This document shows, piece by piece, positions 7,979-17,483 of a stretch of 64,000 bases of DNA. Under the pieces are notes generated by a model. It did no database searches, was not told the origin of the DNA, and was given only the letters and a program-made list of their open reading frames with translations. A program made the translations under genes and the position numbers. Origin of the DNA: an uncultured Candidatus Saccharibacteria bacterium (lineage in GTDB: Bacteria > Patescibacteriota > Saccharimonadia > Saccharimonadales > CAYVSP01); contig CAYVSP010000001.1 of the NCBI GenBank assembly GCA_964453655.1, positions 645 through 64,644 on the forward strand, in the 5' to 3' direction. Each line of letters opens with the position of its first letter. The first letter of the stretch is position 1.

Positions 7979-9448
7979 TTACTTAATAACGTATCTTCGA
8001 CCGAGGCGCTTGACCTTGGCAACCTTTACAGTTTTTGGCGAATCACCCGCAGCGCTTAGCATTTCTTCCCTAATTTCTTGTAAAAGTGATCCGTCTTTCT
8101 TGAGAGCAGTCGTAGTTGCACCAGAAAGTACCGCATACTGCATGTATGGTAGCGCTTCCTCAATCCCTTGCTTGCCAATAACTTGTCTGGCCGTTTCGAC
8201 AGCCCGCTTGCCGCCCACTTTAGTAGCTGAGGATGCAATAAACTCGACTGTATCTTTATAAAAAGACCGCTTCTTCACAGTGCTCTCGGCAAAGCCAAAG
8301 TCAATCAACCAAGGCAGGTTAGTTTTATTCTCCACCATAACATTGGCAGTCCTTAAGTCTTTATGAATAATCCGGGCAGCGTGTAGCTTTGCTATCTGCT
8401 GCCAGCAATCCTTCAGCAATTTATCGGTAATTAGCTTCTTGTCCATTTTATCTAAACCAACGGCATCCAGCCGTTTGCTAGCCATCGCATATGAACTCGT
8501 GCCAACGTTAAATACACCGATCATGTCCGGAACACGTACACCCGCCAACTGTTTGGCCAGAATTGTCAGGTAAGCCTCGTGCTCAATGGTACGTTTTGGG
8601 GTTAAGGACGGCACCTCGTCTTCCAGCCTGCGATACTGTAAACGACGAATTAATTTAAACAACCAGTCAGCCGCATTATTGTCTTTATTAAATACTTTAA
8701 CGAAAATAAGGCCGCCATCATATTTACCAAAAAACGGCACCGAGCCACGGGCATCAACCGAAGCCAGCTTGAGGGTCAGCCCTGTCATGCCACTATCTTG
8801 CAGCCTTCGGGTCAATTTTTTCACGCTAATAGGGTGGTAAATTGAACCAAGCATTAAATTAACAGCGCTATAGCAAAAAAGTCCAACCGCATAACCGGCA
8901 ACTACATCTACCGGAAGGCAGATCCCCAAATACATATTTGAAAGCCCAACCAAAAAGATTGCTAACAGCAGCCAGCGACGCATAGAACGCGGAGTATACA
9001 GCGCCAGCACTAGCCCTGTAGCTGTCGCGGTGGCCATCAAAGCCGAAGGAAAGCCTGTCCAGCTTACCTGAACACGTGGTACAACGTAGTTGAGCATATT
9101 CTGCGGCTGAGCCCGTAAATCCCAATTTTTAAGCAATAAGGCGAGAGCATCTGCTGTAATTGCGGCAGTGGATAACCTGATAGTAATATCAACGCGTTTA
9201 CGTGCTAAGAAATAAATGCTTATTAGTATGGCAAAAAAGACTGTACCAAATGCAGAGATAACTACGAAAAACGGTTTGATTAGATCACCTAGTTTGTATA
9301 GCAAGTCAAAGAAGGCTTGCTCAACAGGTCCGACGTTCGAACGTGAAGCAACCAACGCGCACAACAAAAAAAGAAGAATTGCGCCCACAGCATAAAACAC
9401 ATAAATGGGGTTCTTGGCATACACCACCCGCTTTTTGGCGCTACTCAT
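7979..9448 (-). CDS. Degenerate PAP2 membrane domain fused to kinase-like (RIO/APH-type) domain
   Basis: N-terminal TM region with FPSA..LGICLPVDV; C-terminal FVKV, IIHKDLRTANV, LIDFG. Confidence 0.7.
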   Translation of the reverse strand: MSSAKKRVVYAKNPIYVFYAVGAILLFLLCALVASRSNVGPVEQAFFDLLYKLGDLIKPFFVVISAFGTVFFAILISIYFLARKRVDITIRLSTAAITADALALLLKNWDLRAQPQNMLNYVVPRVQVSWTGFPSALMATATATGLVLALYTPRSMRRWLLLAIFLVGLSNMYLGICLPVDVVAGYAVGLFCYSAVNLMLGSIYHPISVKKLTRRLQDSGMTGLTLKLASVDARGSVPFFGKYDGGLIFVKVFNKDNNAADWLFKLIRRLQYRRLEDEVPSLTPKRTIEHEAYLTILAKQLAGVRVPDMIGVFNVGTSSYAMASKRLDAVGLDKMDKKLITDKLLKDCWQQIAKLHAARIIHKDLRTANVMVENKTNLPWLIDFGFAESTVKKRSFYKDTVEFIASSATKVGGKRAVETARQVIGKQGIEEALPYMQYAVLSGATTTALKKDGSLLQEIREEMLSAAGDSPKTVKVAKVKRLGRRYVIK

Positions 9449-9566
9449 TACTAGTGAGTATCATCTGCTATGTATCATTAGTCAAGAGAGCACTTCAGTC
9501 CCTAAAGCTTCCTTGCTATAGTTAATTAAAGAGTATATAGTATATCAATAAATTAGTAGGTGTAGT

Positions 9567-10394
9567 TTGAGCGAACGAGGCCCAGATTATTTAATAAATA
9601 GCAAAAGCAAGCGTGGACTGGATATTGTAGGAGGTACAATTATTGCGCTAGCCTTTGCCTTACCAGCCTTTGCCACTGGAGCTGTTGTTGCAGCCGAGCA
9701 TGGGCCCCGTAATTTGTTTTTCAAGCAGCGCCGACGTAGCAACAGAGACGAAACCGTTATTGTTAGAAAATTTAAAACAGTAAAAAATTCCGTTGATGAC
9801 ATTTCTATAAAAGATCTCCCCGGCCTACTTAAGGAGTACTTAGCAAACGGTATTGCAGACATACCACAGCTCATAGATAACGGTACTTTTGACGAAATAC
9901 TAGAAGAAGTAGCTGCTTTAGAGCAGCGAGGCTTAATACAGGCAGGAAGTTCTACGATAGATAACTTTATCCGAATTTCAGCCCTGGATGAATCACCCCA
10001 AATTCTTTCAGTTTTAAGCGGTGCGACTTCCTTAACCGGACCGCGCCTAATAACAGACGGTTCATTAGAATCTAGAATGCGTGCTGCACCGAGTCTATTC
10101 AATGACTGGTACACTGGTGTTTACGAACCGCTTAAAAAAGGCTGGGTTAGTCCGGGGGGTAATTGGTACCATAGTCTCGGCTCATCGCATGATCTTACCG
10201 GACAACAAATTGAAATTGGTGTTATGGAACGTGATCTTGCCTGGGTCCCAGATGCTACACTAGCGTATGATTTGCGTTTACTAGCAGAAGCACCCGTAGA
10301 CATAATCAGCGGGCTTCGGAACCATCTTTGGAGTGTACGTCAACACCAGGCTGCCGTTGAAGCTAGAACGCACTCACCTAGTCCAGCTTACTAA
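9567..10394 (+). CDS. Divergent bacterial sugar (phosphoglycosyl) transferase
   Basis: KRGLDI, FFKQRR, KFKT, IR.SALDESPQ, GATSLTGPR motifs. Confidence 0.7.
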   Translation: MSERGPDYLINSKSKRGLDIVGGTIIALAFALPAFATGAVVAAEHGPRNLFFKQRRRSNRDETVIVRKFKTVKNSVDDISIKDLPGLLKEYLANGIADIPQLIDNGTFDEILEEVAALEQRGLIQAGSSTIDNFIRISALDESPQILSVLSGATSLTGPRLITDGSLESRMRAAPSLFNDWYTGVYEPLKKGWVSPGGNWYHSLGSSHDLTGQQIEIGVMERDLAWVPDATLAYDLRLLAEAPVDIISGLRNHLWSVRQHQAAVEARTHSPSPAY

Positions 10395-10413
10395 ACCCCA
10401 GTAGATATTAGCA

Positions 10414-11106
10414 CTACTGGGCAACCGTAAAGTAACCAGCTAAAGCCGGGTTAAGATGATCATGGAACTGATACGAACCTGCCTGGTTAAGGGTTATCGT
10501 ATTATTTTTACCCTTTTTTACCTGTAATTCACTCTCCCCCGCATAATTTTCATGCTCAGGGTGAGAACCAAAAGCAATGTCGTGCAGAATTTTATCCTGA
10601 CTGATGAAAGTAAGCGTGTCACAAAGCTGCGCTCGGGTATGAAGAGGGCTTACGCTGCTGCTGGTGATAATAACTTGATGATTAGCATGAACTGACTGGC
10701 AAGCGCCAGTCTTCTTGCCGTCTACTTGAGAAATTCCCTCCGACTCTGCGAGGTTAGTCGTCACTTCTGATGGCGTCATATTATAGTGAAGGTGATTAAT
10801 GATAAAAATAGAGCCGCTTATGACCACTAGAATAATGCCGACTGTGGCAACGAAAAATACTACGTTATAAAGTGGCTTTGGACCTCGCCCTAAATGCAAG
10901 AAGAAGAATATTTGAATTATCATTTGTAAAACGGCAAAGCCAAGAATTAGCGTTGACAGTGAAATGCTCGAAATCGAATTATTGACTACCAAGTAATAAG
11001 GCACGAGCGTAAACACTACAGATAAGAGGAAGCCAATGGCATAGAACACTGCCTCGCCATGCTTTTTATTAGTTTTATTGTCGGTAGAGTTTGTTGCTTT
11101 ATTCAT
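10414..11106 (-). CDS. cyoD: Cytochrome bo3 oxidase subunit IV fused to cupredoxin-like domain
   Basis: YAIGFLLSVVFTLVPY, AVLQMIIQIFFFLHL, GSIFIINHL; C-terminal HPEH..GSYQFHDHLNP; ATGA overlap with cyoC stop. Confidence 0.85.
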   Translation of the reverse strand: MNKATNSTDNKTNKKHGEAVFYAIGFLLSVVFTLVPYYLVVNNSISSISLSTLILGFAVLQMIIQIFFFLHLGRGPKPLYNVVFFVATVGIILVVISGSIFIINHLHYNMTPSEVTTNLAESEGISQVDGKKTGACQSVHANHQVIITSSSVSPLHTRAQLCDTLTFISQDKILHDIAFGSHPEHENYAGESELQVKKGKNNTITLNQAGSYQFHDHLNPALAGYFTVAQ

Positions 11107-11690
11107 GTAAGGGCCATTAAGTACACGACTGTAAAGATAAATATCCAGACGATATCTAAGAAATGCCAATACAGACTTAGTGCAGTTAGTTTGCGCACCA
11201 TATGCTCGCTAAGTCCTCTTTTTAAAATAAACACCATCATAGTTGCCATCCAGATAAGCCCAAAAAGAATGTGCAGGCCATGCGTACCGACCAACGTAAA
11301 GAAGGAGGACAAGAAGGCGCTGGTTTGTGGGGTATGGCCTTCATGAATAAACTTAGAGAATTCAGTCACCTCCAAAACAAAGAAAGTCAGACCCATAATA
11401 AAGGTCAGGCCGAACCAGGCAAGTACTTGTGCTTTTTTGCCTTGTCTGGCGGCTATCATACCGATTCCACAAGTCAAACTACTAGTAAGTAGAAGGAGCG
11501 TTTCGCCCAAAGCTAGTGGCAGGCTAAAGATTTCACGGCCTGATGGTCCGCCAGCCGTATTACCGTGTAACACCGCATAGACAGCAAATAGAACTGTAAA
11601 CATTAGTAAATCAGTCATTAAGTATACCCAGAAGCCAAACATCGCTCGTTCAACGGCAGCTTCTTGGTGTGCAGTTTCGCTTTCGGCCAT
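11103..11690 (-). CDS. cyoC: Cytochrome bo3 oxidase subunit III
   Basis: FGFWVYLMTD, FFTLVGTHGLH, YWHFLDIVW; TAATG overlap with cyoB. Confidence 0.95.
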   Translation of the reverse strand: MAESETAHQEAAVERAMFGFWVYLMTDLLMFTVLFAVYAVLHGNTAGGPSGREIFSLPLALGETLLLLTSSLTCGIGMIAARQGKKAQVLAWFGLTFIMGLTFFVLEVTEFSKFIHEGHTPQTSAFLSSFFTLVGTHGLHILFGLIWMATMMVFILKRGLSEHMVRKLTALSLYWHFLDIVWIFIFTVVYLMALT

Positions 11691-13765
11691 TATTTCCGTC
11701 TCATTACTTTTTTCTTTGCCCACATAACCACAATATAGACAAAATCCTTTAGGCCCATGTCTTGGCTGGTATCTAAGTTGCTGCTTTGCGGTGCAGTAGT
11801 TTTTTGCATTGCATCATTCTCGAGCCTCTCCACCTCATCGGCCGTAAGGGTATACTCAGTCTTTTCGCTAAAAGTCCGGCCGATCACACAAACAATGATG
11901 GCTAGTAAGGATACAATAATTAGCCAAGCGATATTCCAAACAAAACCGAATCCAGCCAGAAAGGCAAAACCGGCAATGTATATGCCTGAAGCTGTGCTCT
12001 TAGGCATATGGATATTTTCATAATGCGGCGTGGACTCAGCGGGCTGCTTTTTCATTTCCCAGTACGAATCGCGCGAAGTAAGGTTAGGAATAGATGAAAA
12101 GTTGTAGGCTGACGGCGGCGAAGCAGTCGCCCACTCCAAGGTGCGGCCATCCCAGGGGTCATTACTGGTAAGCAGTTGTTTCCTTTGGATAATGCTAGCC
12201 ACAATTTGCACAATTTGAAGAATTAGGCCTAGCATAATAACCAGCCCTCCAATAAACGACATAATAAATAATGGCTGCCAACCTGTTGATGAGTCGTAGT
12301 GGTTGAGACGGCGCGTCGCCCCCATAATTCCCAGTACGTAAAGTGGCGTAAAGGCCATCAGGAATCCAATCAGCCAGCTCCAAAAGGCATAACGGCCAAT
12401 CCTCTCATTGAGTCTAAAGCCAGCAATTTTGGGAAACCAGTAAGACAAGCCGGCAAATATACCAAACAGGACGCCGCCTACGACCATGGTGTGGAAATGA
12501 GCTACAAGGAATAAACTGTTGTGCAACTGGAAATCAGCCGGTGGCACGGCCAATAACACGCCGGACATTCCGCCGACAGCAAATAGACCCACAAATCCCA
12601 AGAACCAGAGCATTGGCGTAGTGAACCTTATACTACCTTTGTACATAGTGGCAATCCAAGTAAACACCAATACGCTCGTTGGTATTGAAATTATCATCGT
12701 CATCAGTCCAAAAAAGGCATTTACATCCCCGCCGGCCCCCATAGTAAAGAAGTGGTGTAGCCAGACTGAAAGGGCCAGTGCCGAGACGCCAATCATACCT
12801 AACACATTGGCGCCATAGCTGGCAATCCGTTTCCGGCTAAAGACTGACACTATTTCGGAAAATATGCCAAATGCCGGCACCATTATGATATACACCTCTG
12901 GATGTCCCCACATCCAGATCAGATTGGTATACATCATCGGATCCCCTCCACCGGTAGTCGTAAAAAAGTGCGTACCAATAGATCGATCAAGAAACAACAA
13001 TAGCAATGTGGCAGTTAAGAGGGGAAATACCGTTACGGCCATTATCATGCTGCACAATGACCCCCACGTAAACAACGCCATGTTTTTTAGCTTCATGCCG
13101 GGTGCCCGCATCTTGAGTATAGTCATAATAAAGTTGATGGCACCAAGCGTTGTGCCTACACCAGAAATCTGCAGACTCCATATCATATAATCAACACCCG
13201 TGCCGGGGCTAAATTCCCGTCCGCTCAAGGGGGCAACCGCCAGCCAGCCAGTCGCCGCATACTTTCCGCCTAACACAAAAAACATGTTTACTAAAATTAC
13301 GCCAGCGACGTACAGCCAAAACCCCAAGGTGTTTAGAAAAGGCGAAGCCAGGTCACGCGCCCCTATTTGTAGAGGCACAATATAGTTTATGAGCCCGAAA
13401 ATAAAACCCATGGCCACAAAGAAAACCATAATATTGCCATGGGCCGTAAAGATTTGCTGAAAATGGTCGGCTGATAGAAATCCTTGCGAGGACCCAGACG
13501 ACAACGCTTGTTGAAGCCAGATCATAAGTGCATCAAGAATACCGCGCACTAACATGAACCCAGCCACTATAAAGTACATAATCCCAATTCGCTTTGGATC
13601 AACTGAGGTCAGCCATTCATTCCATAGCCATTTCCAGCGATGTAAACGAGTAAGAACCACAATTGCAGATATGCCAATCAATAAGAAGGTTAGAGTTCCG
13701 CCCAGAGTAAACCACTCGTGCGGCAATGCTTGCCAACTTAATTTGCCTATAAGTGCTTCTTTCAT
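11690..13765 (-). CDS. cyoB: Cytochrome bo3 quinol oxidase subunit I
   Basis: IFTAHG, WGHPEVY, WLHHFF, VAHFH, TRR; quinol-site RG..D and H..Q. Confidence 0.97.
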   Translation of the reverse strand: MKEALIGKLSWQALPHEWFTLGGTLTFLLIGISAIVVLTRLHRWKWLWNEWLTSVDPKRIGIMYFIVAGFMLVRGILDALMIWLQQALSSGSSQGFLSADHFQQIFTAHGNIMVFFVAMGFIFGLINYIVPLQIGARDLASPFLNTLGFWLYVAGVILVNMFFVLGGKYAATGWLAVAPLSGREFSPGTGVDYMIWSLQISGVGTTLGAINFIMTILKMRAPGMKLKNMALFTWGSLCSMIMAVTVFPLLTATLLLLFLDRSIGTHFFTTTGGGDPMMYTNLIWMWGHPEVYIIMVPAFGIFSEIVSVFSRKRIASYGANVLGMIGVSALALSVWLHHFFTMGAGGDVNAFFGLMTMIISIPTSVLVFTWIATMYKGSIRFTTPMLWFLGFVGLFAVGGMSGVLLAVPPADFQLHNSLFLVAHFHTMVVGGVLFGIFAGLSYWFPKIAGFRLNERIGRYAFWSWLIGFLMAFTPLYVLGIMGATRRLNHYDSSTGWQPLFIMSFIGGLVIMLGLILQIVQIVASIIQRKQLLTSNDPWDGRTLEWATASPPSAYNFSSIPNLTSRDSYWEMKKQPAESTPHYENIHMPKSTASGIYIAGFAFLAGFGFVWNIAWLIIVSLLAIIVCVIGRTFSEKTEYTLTADEVERLENDAMQKTTAPQSSNLDTSQDMGLKDFVYIVVMWAKKKVMRRK

Positions 13766-14670
13766 TGCTGCTCCGTAATGTGATGATGGGAGTAGGCATA
13801 CTTGGCAAGTACTTTATTATAGAGGTCCGATTCAGATAAGGAGTAGTAAGACTCGGGATTATTTTGACTTGGTAAAAGCAACTTTTTATATGCAGCGTCT
13901 TGTAGTGAGTCGGAGGACTGTGCATCCTGAACCCAAAGCTCAAATTCTTCTTCTGAACTGGCACGGGCTGTAAACTTCATGCCGGCAAACCCGACGCCGT
14001 TTATTTCAGCTGAGCGGCCTGTGTAGTTTCCTTCGGTATCAGCTAAAAGATTCAGTTGGTTAGAGTGCCCGGTCATAGCATATAGCTGGCCGCCCCAATG
14101 TGGAATCCAGAACGAACTCATCGGCGCCTCATCAGCCGTTAAATCAAAGTGTACTGGGGTGCCAGTGGGAATTTGAACAAAGTTGACTGAAGCAATATGT
14201 TGCTCAGGGTAGATGAATAACCATTTCCAGCGCAAAGCAATTACTTGAACAGTGAGCGGTTGTACATCGGAGACAATCTGTTTATGCGGATCAAGCTTGT
14301 GGGCCGCTGGCCACATGGCGTGAACCAAAACGAACACAAAAATACTTGGGATTGCCCATAATATAAACAAAAAGAATTTGCCGACATGAGAATCCGGATC
14401 ATAGGTAGCATTTTTATTAGTCTCTCTGTATTTCCATGCAAAAAAGTAAAATAAAAGAAGCGTCGGCACAGCCAGAATCAGCATAATTCCTACTGAGAAA
14501 ATCATCAGCTTAAACTGCTCGTGAGCTATCAACCCTTTAGGACTAAATAAGGCAACGTCATTGCCGCGCAACAATAAGGTAATGACTATCCCAAGACACG
14601 CCAGTCCTAAAAGAACAAGCCAAATGACTACCCCAGGGCTAAATCTAAATTCTTTCTTATTTTTTGCCAT
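13762..14670 (-). CDS. cyoA: Cytochrome bo3 oxidase subunit II
   Basis: PKGLIA, AWKYR, WKWLFIYPEQ, MSSFWIP..GGQLYAM, GFAGMKF; no CuA cysteines. Confidence 0.95.
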   Translation of the reverse strand: MAKNKKEFRFSPGVVIWLVLLGLACLGIVITLLLRGNDVALFSPKGLIAHEQFKLMIFSVGIMLILAVPTLLLFYFFAWKYRETNKNATYDPDSHVGKFFLFILWAIPSIFVFVLVHAMWPAAHKLDPHKQIVSDVQPLTVQVIALRWKWLFIYPEQHIASVNFVQIPTGTPVHFDLTADEAPMSSFWIPHWGGQLYAMTGHSNQLNLLADTEGNYTGRSAEINGVGFAGMKFTARASSEEEFELWVQDAQSSDSLQDAAYKKLLLPSQNNPESYYSLSESDLYNKVLAKYAYSHHHITEQQ

Positions 14671-14785
14671 TCCCACACTTTGTTATTATACGTAACCAGT
14701 ATACGATAAATTAATGACGAAAACCTCGAGTCTGATCAATGATAAACCTCTATATATTTACTTGCGAGTAAGGTCTTAGCTGTTA

Positions 14786-15655
14786 ATGGCAAAAGATTCT
14801 ACATTTAAACTTTACTATCGTCTTACCAAACCCGGCATTATTTATGGAAATCTTTTTACGGCCACGGCTGGCTTCCTATTGGCTTCAAAATGGCATATTA
14901 ATTGGGGTTTGCTGTTAGCTACCTTGCTTGGGATTAGCTTAATTATTGCTTCGGCCTGCGTCTTTAACAACTATATAGACCGAGAAATTGACGCGCAAAT
15001 GGTCCGCACCAAAGAACGTGCATTGGCAAGCGGCAAGATTCAAGCCTCACATGCGCTATTATTTGCTACCATCTTAGGGATAGTAGGCCTCAGTGTGGTT
15101 ATCCTCCGAGTGAATATGCTGACCGCGTTAATAGGTTTTATTGCGTTTGTTGACTATGTAGTTTTATATGGTTTTGCAAAACGACGGTCAGTACACGGCA
15201 CGCTCGTGGGTAGCATAGCTGGCGCAATGCCCCCAGTGGCAGGCTATACAGCAGTCACCAATAATTTTGACACGGCGGCACTAATCCTGTTTCTTATCAT
15301 GGTCTGTTGGCAAATGCCGCATTTCTATTCCATTGCTATGTACCGCTTCAAAGACTATAAGCGTGCCGGGTTACCCGTATTGCCCGTTAAAAAAGGTATG
15401 CGCCACACTAAGCTGCAAATTTTAGCTTATATCGTCGCCTTCACTGTTTTTTCAACTAGTCTTACTTTCTTTGGCTACACCGGATATAGCTATCTGAGTG
15501 TGCTGCTAGTCCTAGGCTTACTTTGGTTCAAGAAGGGCAGCGCAACTTTTCATAATACCGAAGATAGCGCGTGGGGACGTCGTATGTTTCTCTTCTCCTT
15601 AACCGTGATGATGGTGATGAGTTGTGCAATTGCTATTGGCGGCACTTTACCATAG
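14786..15655 (+). CDS. cyoE: Protoheme IX farnesyltransferase (heme o synthase)
   Basis: LTKPGII, NNYIDREID..M.RT..R, WQMPHF motifs; divergent from cyoA. Confidence 0.95.
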   Translation: MAKDSTFKLYYRLTKPGIIYGNLFTATAGFLLASKWHINWGLLLATLLGISLIIASACVFNNYIDREIDAQMVRTKERALASGKIQASHALLFATILGIVGLSVVILRVNMLTALIGFIAFVDYVVLYGFAKRRSVHGTLVGSIAGAMPPVAGYTAVTNNFDTAALILFLIMVCWQMPHFYSIAMYRFKDYKRAGLPVLPVKKGMRHTKLQILAYIVAFTVFSTSLTFFGYTGYSYLSVLLVLGLLWFKKGSATFHNTEDSAWGRRMFLFSLTVMMVMSCAIAIGGTLP

Positions 15656-15672
15656 GGCTTATACTTTTTAGC

Positions 15673-15930
15673 ATGGTATTGATTCTGCATGTATCAGTAG
15701 CTCTGGCCGGCCTCGGCTTTAGTACTTTTACACTTTTTGCCCCTACGATCTCACGAATTTGGACCGGATTATTTTTAATCTGGGCAGCAGTATTATCAGG
15801 CCTATATCTTGCAGTTACCAGTCACTCTGGTATGTTAGACGTCTGCCTTAGTGGATTATGTTACATCGGGATCACAGCTACTCTGCTACTTTTTGCCCGA
15901 TATAGGCTTTCAGTTCGAACTACGTCTTAA
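15673..15930 (+). CDS. Small membrane protein downstream of cyoE
   Basis: Three hydrophobic helices from ATG 15673. Confidence 0.6.
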   Translation: MVLILHVSVALAGLGFSTFTLFAPTISRIWTGLFLIWAAVLSGLYLAVTSHSGMLDVCLSGLCYIGITATLLLFARYRLSVRTTS

Positions 15931-16019
15931 ACTCTATGTCGAACAATTAGCAGTACGACTCATAGCTAGCTTGAAGCTTTCTTGTTTATAGGGGTGTCAA
16001 TACATATACTGGTAATACT

Positions 16020-16601
16020 ATGCAGCCAGAAGCCTATGGCCTTTACAAAAACAAGGGCGAGCTTTCGCCCATACTGCCAGATTTCGTAACTGATAATGTT
16101 CTTGACATTGATTTTGAGTATTTACGCCAGCTTGGTTTGAGCCATCTGCTGATAGACCTAGACCTAACCATTAGACTAGTCGGGGCCAAGGAGATAGAGC
16201 ACGAAGTTAAAGCGCTTTTTTCTAAACTAAAAAATGCTAAGTTATTCAAGTCAATCGGCATTATGACAAATAATTACCGCGCCAAACACTTTGCAGAATC
16301 ATTGGGGATAAACGCCTTTACGCCATTCTGGGAAGGCGTCAAACCAATTCGCAAGCCAAACACTTTATTTTTTCATCAAGTTCTAAAAAAACTTCATGCC
16401 AAACCCGAGAATACAGTAATGATAGGTGACAAGATTCATTCAGATATAGTGGGCGCCAATAAAGCCGGTCTTATTACTGTTCTTGTAAAGCCAAGGGGTA
16501 GAGATTACTGGTTTGATCGCCTAATGCTGACCCGCTGGCGCGAAAAGCGCGCCCTAAAACAAGCACGTGACAGCATAAAGCATCTTAGGAAAAGCAAATA
16601 A
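16020..16601 (+). CDS. YqeG-like HAD IIIA phosphatase
   Basis: DLDLT, RKP, MIGDKIHSDIVGAN motifs. Confidence 0.85.
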   Translation: MQPEAYGLYKNKGELSPILPDFVTDNVLDIDFEYLRQLGLSHLLIDLDLTIRLVGAKEIEHEVKALFSKLKNAKLFKSIGIMTNNYRAKHFAESLGINAFTPFWEGVKPIRKPNTLFFHQVLKKLHAKPENTVMIGDKIHSDIVGANKAGLITVLVKPRGRDYWFDRLMLTRWREKRALKQARDSIKHLRKSK

Positions 16602-16682
16602 AATCAACGTCACGAACCAAAGGTTGCTTTTAAGCCTAGGATGCCTACAATATAAACATAAGCGTTAACAGAAAGGGCAACA

Positions 16683-17225
16683 ATGCCAATTAAAAAAAGA
16701 AAAGTGAGCGACCCAAGTCTGTATATTTGGGCACTCTTAAGGATAAGCCTTGGTTTTACGTTCCTGTGGGCATTTATAGATAAACTTTGGGGGCTCGGTT
16801 TTGCCACTTGCAGAGACCCTAAAACACAAGTTATTGCACACGGCTGCAAAGCTGCCTGGATTAAGGGTGGTTCGCCGACCACGGGCTTCCTGGCACACGC
16901 CGTTAAGGGCCCCTTCGCCTCTTCTTATGCCAACCTGACTGGACACGGCTGGGTAGACGCACTATTTATGATCGGGTTACTCGGTATTGGCCTGGCGCTG
17001 ACACTCGGTATCGTCATGCGGCTAGCCGTAGCCACTGGCGCGGTCTTACTGCTCATGATGTGGTCAGCAGCACTGTGGCCGGCTAATAACCCCTTTCTTG
17101 ATGAACATTTAATCTATGTGTTAATTTTATTCGGTTTATGGACTGTTAATAAGCAACAAAAATGGGGCCTAAGGGCTTGGTGGGTCAAGCAGGACTTCGT
17201 CAAGCGCTTTCCTATTTTGGAATAA
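16683..17225 (+). CDS. DoxX/DoxD-family membrane protein (TQO small-subunit-like)
   Basis: LRISLGFTFLWAFIDK, AWIKGGSPT.GFL, NNPFLDEH. Confidence 0.85.
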   Translation: MPIKKRKVSDPSLYIWALLRISLGFTFLWAFIDKLWGLGFATCRDPKTQVIAHGCKAAWIKGGSPTTGFLAHAVKGPFASSYANLTGHGWVDALFMIGLLGIGLALTLGIVMRLAVATGAVLLLMMWSAALWPANNPFLDEHLIYVLILFGLWTVNKQQKWGLRAWWVKQDFVKRFPILE

Positions 17226-17477
17226 TTAAGCCCGCTTTGCCGCCTGTCGGTATTTTTGCATAAATAGTGTTAGCCATAACAACAGATTAACGGTGGTCAT
17301 TACTACGGAATACCATAACCGCAGACTAAAATAAACGATAAGTCCGGGTATCAAAAATGCAGCAGTCATAAGTCTAGTGCCAATAGCCGGTTTATTTTTG
17401 CTGAGTACAGATGGAAGCAAAGCGACATTGAATGCTAAGAAACTGATCGCTAAAACATAATCCTGCCAACAATGCAT
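17226..17477 (-). CDS. Small 3-TM membrane protein (PQ-loop-like)
   Basis: WQD...ALLPSV and three helices. Confidence 0.55.
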   Translation of the reverse strand: MHCWQDYVLAISFLAFNVALLPSVLSKNKPAIGTRLMTAAFLIPGLIVYFSLRLWYSVVMTTVNLLLWLTLFMQKYRQAAKRA

Positions 17478-17483
17478 GGCGTT

